A stretch of DNA of 60,820 nucleotides, filler included, from Basidioascus undulatus (lineage: Eukaryota): the NCBI GenBank assembly GCA_000826855.1. It is 10 parts of 10 records of this genome, joined end to end, with 100 filler letters (N's around TTAATTAATTAA, not from the genome) between each part and the next. Parts side by side here need not be neighbours in the genome. Positions count along the whole stretch, not along the records: positions 1 to 24,912 come from JTLS01000229.1; 9 more parts are not named here. One strand, given 5' to 3'. Under the pieces are notes generated by a model, which made no database searches, was not told where the DNA came from, and was given only the letters and a program-made list of their open reading frames with translations. Both the position numbers and the translations under genes were made by a program. Shown piece after piece: positions 12,280 to 22,936 of this stretch. The first letter of the stretch is position 1, and every line of letters starts with the position of its first letter.

Positions 12280-13600
12280 GACCCCCTAATCATCAAGTAC
12301 ATCATCAAGTCGCGCATCCTCGCCGACTGCTGGAAGCGGCACAAGACGCTCGGCCCCATCCCGATCGAGATCTACGTTCTCGACCAGCTCCGCTCCTTGC
12401 CGTACAGGCACGACGTGCGGAGGCCGTGGGACCCCGAGCGCGCCGCCAAGACCAAGACCGACGGCGACGGGGATGGGAAGGAGGGGGAGGAGGAGATGGG
12501 CGGGCACCCGAATATCTGCAAGATGATAGTGAGTGGCTTTGTGGGGTGCGGGACGGAGGTCGGGTGCTGATCGTTGGCGGGTGGCAGACCTTCTTCGAGG
12601 ATGATCTGTTCTACTACCTCGGTACGCTCACCCCTGCCACGCTCCGCCCATGCTCCACAACTGACTTGCGCCTTCCCCTCGTTTTCCCTCGACCGTCCCC
12701 TTCCTTCCCATCCACCTCTTTCTCGTCCCCGTCCTTCTCGTCCGCTTCTTTCCCGCCCACAGTGATGCCCACCTTCGGCAACGGCAAAGATCTCTTCGAC
12801 CACGTCGAAGCCGCGCCAGACGGGCTCTCCGCGTTCGAGACGCGCACGCTCCTCGGGCAGATCGCCGACGGCGTCCGCTTCCTCCACGCGCATGGCGTCG
12901 TCCACCGCGACATCAAGGACGAGAACGTCATCCTCGACGGGAAGGGCAACGCGCAGATCATCGACTTTGGGAGCGCGGCGCATGCACGACCGGGGAAGAC
13001 GTTTAGCAGCTTTTCGGGGACGCTGGAGTATGCCGGTGCGTTCCGTGCTTTTGGTTTCTCGGTTGGTGGGATGGAGGGGGTGCTGGGGTGCGTCGAGGGG
13101 ATGAGGACGAGGCTGATGAGGTATGGGCTGGTGCGTGGACAGCTCCGGAGATTCTTGCGGGCAAGAAGTACACCGGCAAGCCGCAGGACATCTGGGCGCT
13201 CGGCGTCGTCGCTTACGTTCTTCTTTGCGGTGCGTTTCCCTTCTCGGCCTTCCTTCTTCCCTTCCTCTCCCTCTTCACAACCTCGTCTGACTCCGTGCCC
13301 GCAGGCGAATGCCCCTTCGCCAAAGCCGACGAAGCGCAGAACGGGCTCGCGCCAACGTCGCACTCCTTCCTCGCCCTGCGAGACCGCTGCTTCTTGCCCA
13401 CCCCCTCTCCCTCCTCCGCCTCCGCCGCCGCCTCCACATCCCCGGAGCTGGAACCGGACGGCGGCGGCCGCCTCGAAGACGCGATGGACCTCGTGCTCCG
13501 GTGCCTGGAGGTGGACGAGCACCGGCGCCCCACGGCAGACGCGGTGTGCGAGCACCGGTTCTTGAGGGGCCAGGGGGGGTGGGTCGGGGAGATGGGTTAG
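12280..13600 (+). CDS. Ser/Thr protein kinase, fungal CAMKL/PASK-like family; subdomain I (Gly loop) absent
   Basis: PLIIKYIIKSRILADCWKRHKTLGPIPIEIYVLDQL, HPNICKM, FFED..FYYL, DLFDHVE, HRDIKDENVILD, IDFGS, FSGTLEYA|APEIL, QDIWALGV. Multi-exon; TAG at 13598-13600. Confidence 0.9.
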
Positions 13601-14017
13601 GTTAGGGGAGGGAGAGGGTTAGAGCAGAGGAGCGGGTAGACGGTAGCTTACGCTCGCAGGCACGCACTTGCTTATGCTAATACATCATGCCTGCTTGGGA
13701 CACACCTTGGTTCGTGTGCGGAGCCCTGACGAGCGCGAATTGAATGAGGGGGGGCAGAACGCTCTGGCCATCGTTGGTTCGCCAACACTGCGCCGCTTGA
13801 GATTCTGGTGCTCAAAATGAGGAGCTACAATGCGACTGGATATTGATCATTTCGAGATCTGGACATGGGCAAAACCCAGGCTGGTACAAGGCGGTTCAGA
13901 TTCAGTCACCCGCGGCCTGCGCCCCTCTTGGCCAGGAACCATCACCATCCCGCCGGGCTCTTCACCCACCAAGTTTGATCTCCGCACAACCGAATCATTC
14001 CCCATCGCTCGCAAGCC

Positions 14018-14700
14018 ATATTGACCCTCCCGATCGAGCTTCATAGGCTCATCATAGCCGGCGCTCCATCGCATCCACTCTCATACCACCACGACGCCAC
14101 CTTGGCCGCACTCTGCCTTGTCTCGCGCGATTTCAACCTCGAAGCGAATCCGCTACTTTATGAGTCAATCACTCTTCTCAAGAGGGAGCAGGTGGAAAAG
14201 CTTGGAAGCACTCGCAATCGCAGCCCGGTCTCCTCGTCCGAGTGCACTAGCTTCGTTTCGTTGTTCTATCTTCGCTCGACGACCAGACCGCTCAGTCTAT
14301 CTTGTCAACACGCTCAATCTCCGTCGACTTTACATCCCGCGTCTGATTGTTGATATCTGCCCTATTGCACAGCGCCTCGAAGAATACGCGTGCCCATACG
14401 AAGTTTACGACCCCGTTTCGACGGACGAGAAACCCTCTTCCCAGCGCTCATGCACCTCGAGCGTCTCGCCTGCTGGAACATCCACTTGCAGAGAACAGAG
14501 ACGGTTCTACACCTACTCGGGCTGTCCTGACTCACCCACATCAGCCTGTGTGTTGTTGAGAGACTGGCTCTGCCTGGATGGATGGCGAGACGGCATCGCA
14601 AGTTCATTAAACATGCGCCATCATTGAGCAAACTCATTCTGATACTACACATGGCATTTGCGACGATGACGAGATTATTTTCTGGCATTGCCTGGACGCG
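14018..14700 (+). pseudogene. Degenerate F-box/LRR-like gene
   Basis: LTLPIELHRLII...LAALCLVSRDFNLEANPLLYESITL followed by frameshifted LRR-like pieces (LNLRRLYI, LTHISL). ATA sits where the start ATG is expected (14018-14020). Confidence 0.55.
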
Positions 14701-15432
14701 GTGTTGCCTCAGTGCGACGTCCAAGTGATACAGCTGCAGCCTTAATAAAATTCACTGTAGGAAATTGGCAGAAGGCCAGTTTCCTGTAACTAGTCCCCCA
14801 GCACTCGAGTCTAGGTCGGATGTAGAGTGCCCAAGTGACTGTGAAACAGTCAGCCTTGATGTTTGCTGCCTTCGACTCTTCCTTAAAGAGCATTCAAATG
14901 AACATTTTGGGCACCCTATTGGACAATGACCTGCCTAATCATCCAATTTGTGCTCACAGCTTCAGTTACGCAAGCTAGATGGGGTGCTGTGCAATGTGCT
15001 GCAAGGGTAAACAGGAGCTCTTGGAAGCGGTAAGCTGTCATATATCTTGGGGGCTTGGGCACTATGGACAGGATGTTGCACACAGATCTTCAATCATTGC
15101 TTGAGCATTGATAGGGCAAAGTGGTGGGATATGCCTGCCTGGAGAACAAATGGAAGTTACATAGGCATTGGGGATTAATTGGAAGGTATACTGCTGTATA
15201 TTACAGTGCAAGGCAAGAGAAGGAGAAACGACCCACTGAAGAGAGAAATGAAGTGTGAGACTCTACATGGAGACATTATGATTGCACTCACTGCAGCTGC
15301 CCTTGAGACCCAGTGAATGCATTGGAGTAGAAAGCACAGTACAGAAACCTCACCGCTTCAGAAACCTCTTTAGCGCTCCAAAGAGCTTCTAGAGGGCTTG
15401 CACGAATGGTGGACTTGTGGGCACGGTGTCCC

Positions 15433-15788
15433 AGGCAGATAACTGTCCCTGCCAAAAAACTGGCTTGGACTGAAAACTGTCCTGGAGACAAAACTATCTT
15501 AGACAGAAAACTGTCCTTGTCAGATAACTGTCCATTCCAGAAAGCTGTCCAGGATAGAACACCGTCCTGAACAGAAAACTGTCCTTGTAGTAAAAGTGTC
15601 CCCTGACAGAAAACTGTCACTGTTAGAATATCTGTCCTGGGCAGAATTCTGCCCTTGCCAGAAAATTGTCCCAAACTCTGTCCTGGCCAGAAAACTGTCT
15701 TGGACAGAAATCTATCAGTTAACAGAAAACTGCCCTGGATGGAAAATTGTCCTGTACAGAAAACCGTCCTGGCCAGAATTGTGTCCCC
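15433..15788. repeat. Tandem array of ~21 imperfect 17-bp palindromic units, consensus GGACAGAAAACTGTCCT
   Basis: Units read directly, e.g. ggactgaaaactgtcct, agacagaaaactgtcct, gaacagaaaactgtcct, ggccagaaaactgtctt, gtacagaaaaccgtcct. GGACAG and CTGTCC are reverse complements. Confidence 0.9.
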
Positions 15789-15799
15789 ACCAAAACAAG

Positions 15800-16150
15800 C
15801 AGAATTTGGTGGATACCCTCAGGCAGATGCCTTGCCTTTCTCACGTGGCCTTGATCACTGTATGGGGCTGGAATGATGGTAGTTCTTTGTTCGATAGTGT
15901 TCAGGTCTTGCTCGTCAGGGCCTCGGCACTGCGACACCTTGTTTTCATGCTCGTTTCGGATGTCTGCGTGACAAGAGCTGACCTTGAACCAATCTTGCAC
16001 CCTACTCCAACCAAGTCTGATCATGTGGTGGTCAGCATAGTCGAGGCTCCCGACCATGATTGGTTTGAGCAGCACGTCACGGATAGCACCATCTGAGAGT
16101 GGGGAATTGAGGGCGACTGTTGAAGAGAACTGGTCAGAAGATGCAGGTTG
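15800..16150 (+). pseudogene. C-terminal fragment of an F-box/LRR-like gene, paralogous to 19880-20230
   Basis: NLVDTLRQMPCLSHVALITVWGWNDGS...LRHLVFMLVSD...RADLE...WFEQHV aligns with NLVNTLVVQMPCL*HIVVIAGWGWNHGS...LLHIVFVLVSD...RADLE...WFVQRV. TGA at 16094-16096; the 5' part is missing. Confidence 0.7.
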
Positions 16151-16510
16151 TTGTTGCGTCTGTTTTGACGATGTGGGGAGGGAGCACTTTACATTCGAAT
16201 ATACATTGAGCATTCTGAGAAGCTTAGACAAGCATGCTGTCTTGAAGCAGAAGGGCCTTCAGCTCCTGCACACCACAATACACCGGCTTTGCCAATCCCA
16301 GCATTGACATTGAGCAATGTGGACCTGTCAAGGTCCTTATTCCCTCCCGGGTACAGGTGGGGCGCAGTGGGACTGTGTGGGTTCCGTTCATTCATACTGC
16401 TAACCTGGTCAAAAGGTACATTCGGGAGGATGTAGATCTCCTCGTTTCAGGATGGCAGCATGATTAGGCAAGGAAAAGGGCAACAGGGCCAAAGGAAGGG
16501 AGCAAAAAGA

Positions 16511-16596
16511 GACTATGGCCGGGAATTGAACCCAGGTCGCCCACGTCCAGGTTCGACTGACAAGCGGATATCCTAGCTACTATATACTACCAAAGA
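16511..16596 (-). pseudogene. Decayed intron-containing tRNA-Asp(GTC)
   Basis: Anticodon arm TCCGC-TTGTCA[12-nt intron]C-GTGGG, T arm CTGGG-TTCAATT-CCCGG, and a TTTTT terminator just downstream. Against function: two acceptor-stem mismatches, D-loop GG>AG plus an insertion, and C at the discriminator. Confidence 0.7.
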
Positions 16597-17021
16597 CGTC
16601 GACGAAGCCCCTCTTAACTGCAAGACACCAGTGTCTGTCAACAGACGCTCGCCGAGAAGCCGTAACGACCCGCATTGTCGAACGCAAATACATAGGTAAG
16701 GGTCCCCGAATCGGGTCGAAGCCCCCAGAATTGCGTTGGAAGTTGGCGTTCGAATGGTCTGCTCGAGCGTGGCGAGGAACCAGCCCAGGATTCAGGACGC
16801 GTGCCAGCCACGAGTCTTCCGGCTGCCGCAAGTGTAACTTACCTGGTAGACTGTGCGAGATGAAGAAGTTGCGCAGTGTGGTGGGAAGAGGAAGTTAGTC
16901 CTATCAACACCCGACCTCCCCTGACTCGTGGTTCATCCCCATGGTACTGAACCAGCAGTAGACATCCTTCAGCACACCTAGACAACGTATCACAAGCAAT
17001 GCGATGCACCCTCAACCCACT

Positions 17022-18184
17022 CTACGCTCGCACCTCCTGCCCCTTCCCCTCAGCCTGCTGCTCGGCCTCATGCTGCCTCAGCACCTCCTCCGCCTCCCTC
17101 ACGTTCTCTTCGTCCATCTCAAACTCCTCCATTTCGAACGCCTCTTCCGCCCACTCTCCCGCGTCCTCGCCCAGCACCTCCAAAAGCCCCTCCAAGCCCG
17201 CCACGTCCGCGACGACGCGCGGCCAGCGCACGAGGTCGTACACGCCGACGTCCTCAGGCGCGAGCACATCGATCCCGTCGATGTTCCCCGCGGCGACGTG
17301 GAATTGCTCGTCGGGGGTGATGAAGAGCGTGTCTGTGTGCCACCCGAGGTTGCTGAGCTGCTGCGCGAGCGTGCGGGTGTGCAAGCGTGGGAGGTTGGGC
17401 GTAGGCACGGCGTGAAGGAGGCCGGCGCGGAACTTTTCCGCGAGGGCGACGCGCATGCCGAGCGCCCAGACCTTGTTGTTGACCTTCCTGAGCCAGACGC
17501 GGGTGTTGCGCGGGCCATGGCTCACGCCTCCGCCGCGAAGCATGGGCGACTGGCGGGCGCCCAGGCGTGCCTTGCCGGAGCCCTTTTGGGGGCGGATCTT
17601 GCGCTTCGAGCCGCGCACCTCGCCGCGCCGCTTGGTGTGCGCGTTCGTCGAGGAGCGCTGGGAAGAGAGCTCGGAGAGCACACACGCGTGCAAGATGTCC
17701 CGCCGGAGGGGGGTAGTGAAGACGCTGGAGGGGAGGGGGAGGACGACGGGCGGCGGGACGGGGGACGGGCGGAAGAGGTGCCGCAGCCGGAGGTGGACTT
17801 GGGGAGGCTGGAGAGGGGCGGGCGCGGCTGATGTAGGGGAGGTGGAGAGCTCTTCAGCACCGGGACTGCAGATTGCCGGCCGCGAAGGAAGAAAACGCAC
17901 ATTGTTCCAGAGTCATCCCCGCCGCCAGCATCTCCTTCAGCACCAGCTCCTTGGCCTCCTCCTCAATCCGTTCCACCGCGTCAAAGACCTCCCGCTGCCG
18001 GTCCCCGGAAACCGGCGCGTCGGTCGCGGTCGCCAGAGCCCGGACCGTCTGCTTCCTAGCGTGATCAGCTCCGGGGGTCATGCAAGGGCGCAAAGGACGC
18101 TGTGAGACGGACCGAGGGCGGGAAGGCCCGTGCGCGCAGCTGCGGGAGAGCCCGCAGGAATGTTGAAGGAAGCGAGGGTAGCAT
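17022..18184 (-). CDS. MRPL4: Mitochondrial ribosomal protein uL4m (YmL6/MRPL4)
   Basis: LRRDILHACV, TKRRGEVRGSKRKIRPQKGSGKARLGARQSPMLRGGGVSHGPR, KVNNKVWALGMRVAL. N-terminal presequence-like exon MLPSLPSTFLRALPQLRAR; two introns. Confidence 0.93.
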
Positions 18185-19309
18185 GGCGGACGGTGAGGAG
18201 GTGGTATTCGGTGGAGAGGATGGGAGAAGGCATGAAGGGAGAAGACGGGTAACCCTAACCTCGATGGACCACTGCGACCCATGCGAGCCAGCTTGCCTTC
18301 TCCTTTTCCTTTCGTCTTCATCCACCTTAACAAAATAAATCAATGCTGTGATTGATGGTGACTTTGAAAAATCGAGGTTTTCTCGGTCGGGAGGCTGGTC
18401 GCTCTCGATAGCGTCTCGAACACCGACGACTTCTCGACGTCTCGTCGCCCGATACTTTCGTGGGTTCGAATCTCGATCCTTATTCGAACTGAATTCACCT
18501 CGTATTTCGTTTAATGCACTGGAGAGATTCGCTCCATTGAGTTTTTAGACTGAACTGGAGACTCAGACGCCTTCCGTCGTCAAGGGACGTTACGCTCAAC
18601 ACAGCCCAGGCTACGCTGCCCAGAGGAGTGTTCGGCATTTTCGAAGATACTCACCATACCGTGCAGGAAATCTGAAGTTCACGGACGATATTCTCTCAGT
18701 CATCGGCTGCTCTCTGGGCCTGATGCTCTAACACTTGCCGATATCGTTGGGAATCGCTTTATCCCAGCTCCGTGCCGCCGTCCCATGTCTTCGGAGCCTC
18801 ATACTTTCTCTGGCTCATCATAGATCCATTACGATGTCTTCGTCTTGGCCCGCTAGACCAGACCGGACAGGCGGCGCCTTCTAATCGCGCTTCACGGTCA
18901 TGTCCTGTCGGCGGCGAGACGGACGGAGACACAATGTGGACTGCTGCAAGCGGTGCATTCGTCTGCTTTATCGCCGGAGTAAAGGGAAAATTCCGTGGAT
19001 ATACGATTCACTGGAGTCTTCTTGAACAGGGTGCGTATCCTCCCGCAACTCATCCTTGGCGGCTGCAGGACTCTTCGAGACGGGAGCTGCATTGTATAAT
19101 GACTGATCAATAGGTTTGAATAAAGAGGTTCAAGGCGAATATTGCTGAGTAAAGAATGACGCGTATATTGGAAACTTGGTCTAACGGACATAGTGTAAGG
19201 CAGCCATCTCCCGCTCTCTTCTTTCCGCACCGCGATCGTCGCCAACAAGCTCCTCCGAAACAGGTCCCCGCTTTTTTCAAGCAGCCCTCCTACCCCTACC
19301 TGCGCGGCA

Positions 19310-20230
19310 ATGGCCATCCCCGAGCTCTCTCCCGAGGTTCTGACACTCATCGTCTCCGCAATCGCCAACCCCCCCTCACCCGCGTGCATACGGCTAATCC
19401 TCCGCCTCCTGTCGTCCCTAGTCTCTCTCTGCCTCGTTTCCCTTACCCTTAAAGAGCTCGCCCAGCCCAAGATCTACGCCTCGACCGACTTCTCCACGAT
19501 CAGACTCCACAATTTTCTCAGCCGGCTGACCTTCGAAAGCTTCGCTCGCTCCGTCAAGGCCAACCCTGACCTCCTTCGCTGCACGCGGTGGTTCTTTCTG
19601 CCCCGCTAGACCGAGATTTACGTGGGAACGTTACGGACTTCCTCCGTTCTCCATCCCGTGGCCCGTCTTTGATCAGTCATGCGCAGAGTCTCGAGCGGTT
19701 CGCTATGGCCAGAACACCCTCCACTAGCATCTGGGACGCCCTCGAGGACCTGGTCAGGCGTCCCACCGCTCTCAAAGAGCTCGATTGCCTACCGGTTGTT
19801 GGGAACCCGCAGCTGTTTCCCGCTCTACGGTTCCTGCAGCTTACACACCTGGTTGTTGAGGAGTCCAATTTCCGCACGCCAAACTTGGTGAATACCCTCG
19901 TTGTTCAGATGCCCTGCCTCTAGCACATAGTGGTAATCGCAGGATGGGGTTGGAACCATGGTAGCCCTCCGCTCCGGGGTATCCATCAATTGCTCATGAG
20001 TGGTCGGGCACTGCTTCACATCGTGTTTGTGCTCGTTTCGGACGCGTCCGCGATCAGAGCCGACCTCGAACGGCTCTTGGGCTCTTCGCCGATTAAGCCC
20101 GAGCAGGTGATGGTCAACATTGCGGAGACCCAAGATAGCAATTGGTTCGTGCAACGTGTTGCGGAGGGCTCCATTTAGGAGTTGGGGGCTGAGGGCGAGC
20201 GTCAATGGATGGCTAGCGGCTGCTGAGCGG
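19310..20230 (+). pseudogene. F-box/LRR-like pseudogene
   Basis: MAIPELSPEVLTLIV...LVSLCLVSLTLKELAQPKIY; frameshift near 19600; stops at 19921-19923 and 20176-20178; clear paralogy with 15800-16150. Confidence 0.7.
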
Positions 20231-20965
20231 ACGCTCGTGGTGGTGCCTGTCTTGCTGGTGCGGGGAGGGTCGAACACTTTTGTTGTGATACATTCACTGG
20301 CGGATCGGCAAGGCATGCATATTGAACGTCGTTCAAAGCTTAGACCACTGTTTTTACTCGCTACGTGAAAACCTTGCAAAACTGGAAAAGACCGCCGGTC
20401 CATTGGGAGAAGGCCGTACCCGCATCCCTGATGTGTAATTGCCGTTTCCCACCTTCACAAAAGACACAATGCTGTTTCTTTTCTGACTAATCAAGATGTC
20501 TTTGCGCTGGCCAGATCGATCTTCATTCGCATTTCGAGGTCATGCCCGAGCCTACGATGCATCCCCGTGCTGGCTGCTGCACCTGCGCGTTCCGAATCCC
20601 GGAAAGATGCAATTTATATTGTGGGGTTAATCCCGAGGAACATGCATTCCATATGCACACGCGCTCCACGCAAGGACAACAGCAGCCACGGGCTGCGAAA
20701 CTTGGACCATACGTGCGTCTTAGCTAGACCATTACTGACGTCTTTCAAATGTTCAAAATGCACATCTTGAATTAAAAAGTAAGAATTTGAAAAGTCCAAC
20801 CTTCACATCTCACGGTCATCTTACATTAGGAGAGACTCACAGCTGGTGGGTCACCGACAGCTCACCCATTTCAGCAGTTGGGTGTCCTCCATCTCCAATG
20901 ACCATCCCCACTGGAACACGTCCCCTTCGTCATTTCTCGAACATTTTCAAACCACAGCGTTGAAA

Positions 20966-22401
20966 ATGTTCATCCTCGCCCTCCTCTTCCTTTCCGTCCC
21001 ACCGGCTCTGTGGTCCTTCCCGCAGCACTACGATTCCTCCGTCCTGCAGAGCAGGCATGTGAACTCCACGAACACGACACACGGACTAAACCCGGACGAA
21101 TTCACCGCGCTTTCCGTAGCCACGCATCTGGCGCTCATGCAGCAAGCGTTTTACAACTGGGGGGTCGATAACTTCACCGCGAGCGACTTTGAGGGGCCCG
21201 GCTTGCCGGGGTGGTGGTTCTACCCTTATTTGGAGGAGATGCGGGATCAAGAGATTGGCAATTAGCGAGTGTTTTCCATTTTTTTTTTGCCTTGCTTGGT
21301 AGAGCTGATTGTGGGTACAACAGCAATGCACTGAGCAGCTTCCTCGGAAACGAGTCCGTCCGGAACTGCTCGTATGACTTCTTCTTCGTCGGCCCGTATT
21401 CGTACATCAATCTGGGGCAGGTGACAACCTCGATTGTTCAAGGTACGTCTCTCTTCAAACAGGGATGGTGGCAAAGGCCGATCAACGCTCTTGTCTTTCT
21501 CTCCCACGTTCGGTAGGAGCCTATCTCGGGATGCTTCCCAACTTGACCAAGCCCGACTCTGTTCAAACCGGTGCTTGTAAGGTCATCTTCCCTACTAATG
21601 TTAATGATCTAGATTTTCTGACACAAGGAACCACAGCCATCCTCGCCTCCCAAGCCAGGCAAAACAGCCTCTTCCGCGCTGCCACCGAGGGGCGCCTAAA
21701 CTTTTTCAACGGGGTGCATGGATTCGAGACGCCTCTCACACCAGAGCAAGGTATACAACCTCCTTTTTATAATGCACATCTTTCAAGCGCACCTCACCCC
21801 CTCTTCTCCCAGCGTACTCCCTCGCCCTGCCGTTCATCGTCGACTGCCCAGCCGACAACCCGTCTGTCCCAATCCCCGCACGAATTTCCCTCTCCTCGCA
21901 CTGACTGAAAGGCCTCATAATATTCAGAACCCTGAATTTCACCACCCACTCTATCCTCAACTCCCAGCTCCTCCCGCCTCCCCTCAACTCCACCAACTCC
22001 ACCGCCACGGCCCGTCCAGGCCGGGCGGGCGAGACGGTCCTGCTCCGGTGGGACCATAGCGTCACCGAAGTGTCAAACAGCACGGAGGGCCTGCAGGTCG
22101 CATTCCAGTACGGGCTGGATGTCACGGCTGCGTACGTTTCTCGTCCGTCTTGTATGATCTCTGCTGATTTCAGTCGGGCTGGGGCATCCAGGCCGCTCAA
22201 CGTGACGAGAGAAGGGAGAGGGTCGACTGTCTTGCCTGAAGGTGAGCTAGTGAGGGGCGGAAGTACTTGTAGAAAGAATGCTAAACAGGCTACGAAGGGT
22301 TGAACGGCACGACATTCTTGTTCCTCACCTCCGAGGAGCAACCGTCGTACCCCATCCCGGAGGAATCGATTGCGGCTGTTGGATTGTTGGTGATCGGATG
22401 A
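20966..22401 (+). CDS. Secreted ferritin-like (Ferritin_2/Rds1-like) protein, multi-exon
   Basis: Signal peptide MFILALLFLSVPPALWS; QQAFY..G...FTASDF; C.YDF; GAYLG; ILASQARQ; FETPLTPEQAYSLALPFIVDCP..NP; ends GLNGTTFLFLT...VIG-TGA (22399-22401). Requires one GC-AG intron (21265-21323). Confidence 0.82.
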
Positions 22402-22936
22402 CGTGCCCAAATACGATTAATTGCTTAACCACGATCATGCAAATATGGCATCGGATTGTTTCAAAAATTGCCACGTACAGCTGCGTGTCGTTTGAAATTT
22501 GGGAGACAGAGCGTCCTCTCTGGGTTCGCCGCGCGTATTATTACTTTCAAGGAAGTTAATTAGACGCAAGGTCAGCGCGTGCAGTACACTCCCAACTCCC
22601 CAGACCAGAGTGAAATGGTCGATAAAGTAGTCGGCGATACACATGGGAGACGTTTGTTCTCCCGCTCGGACGGTGCCGCCCGTATAAAGCGACTTTGAGT
22701 CAGTACAACTACGTACACCTTTGGTCAAGATTTGTTTTCTGGCATAATAAAAACCAATACTCGAGTTCCATTAGAAGGGTCGTCGCCAGAACGCAGCCGG
22801 TGTCCCCGAACGAACGTCCGGAAGATGCACAGCCTCTCCCTCGCCGTCCGCATGGGGTTTGCTTAGGACTGCACTTTCGAGAGGGCGATTCTTGCCTGTA
22901 CCCTTCATCTTCATCACCACTCTTACTCCCCTCCTT

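Noticed and set aside
15433..15788. CRISPR-like array of palindromic repeats
   Set aside because: Units are contiguous 17-mers with no unique spacers, there are no cas genes, and the context is eukaryotic.
15288..15876. ORFs with apparent peptide repeats over the palindromic array
   Set aside because: A 17-bp period is not a multiple of three, so the ORFs are by-products of the DNA repeat.
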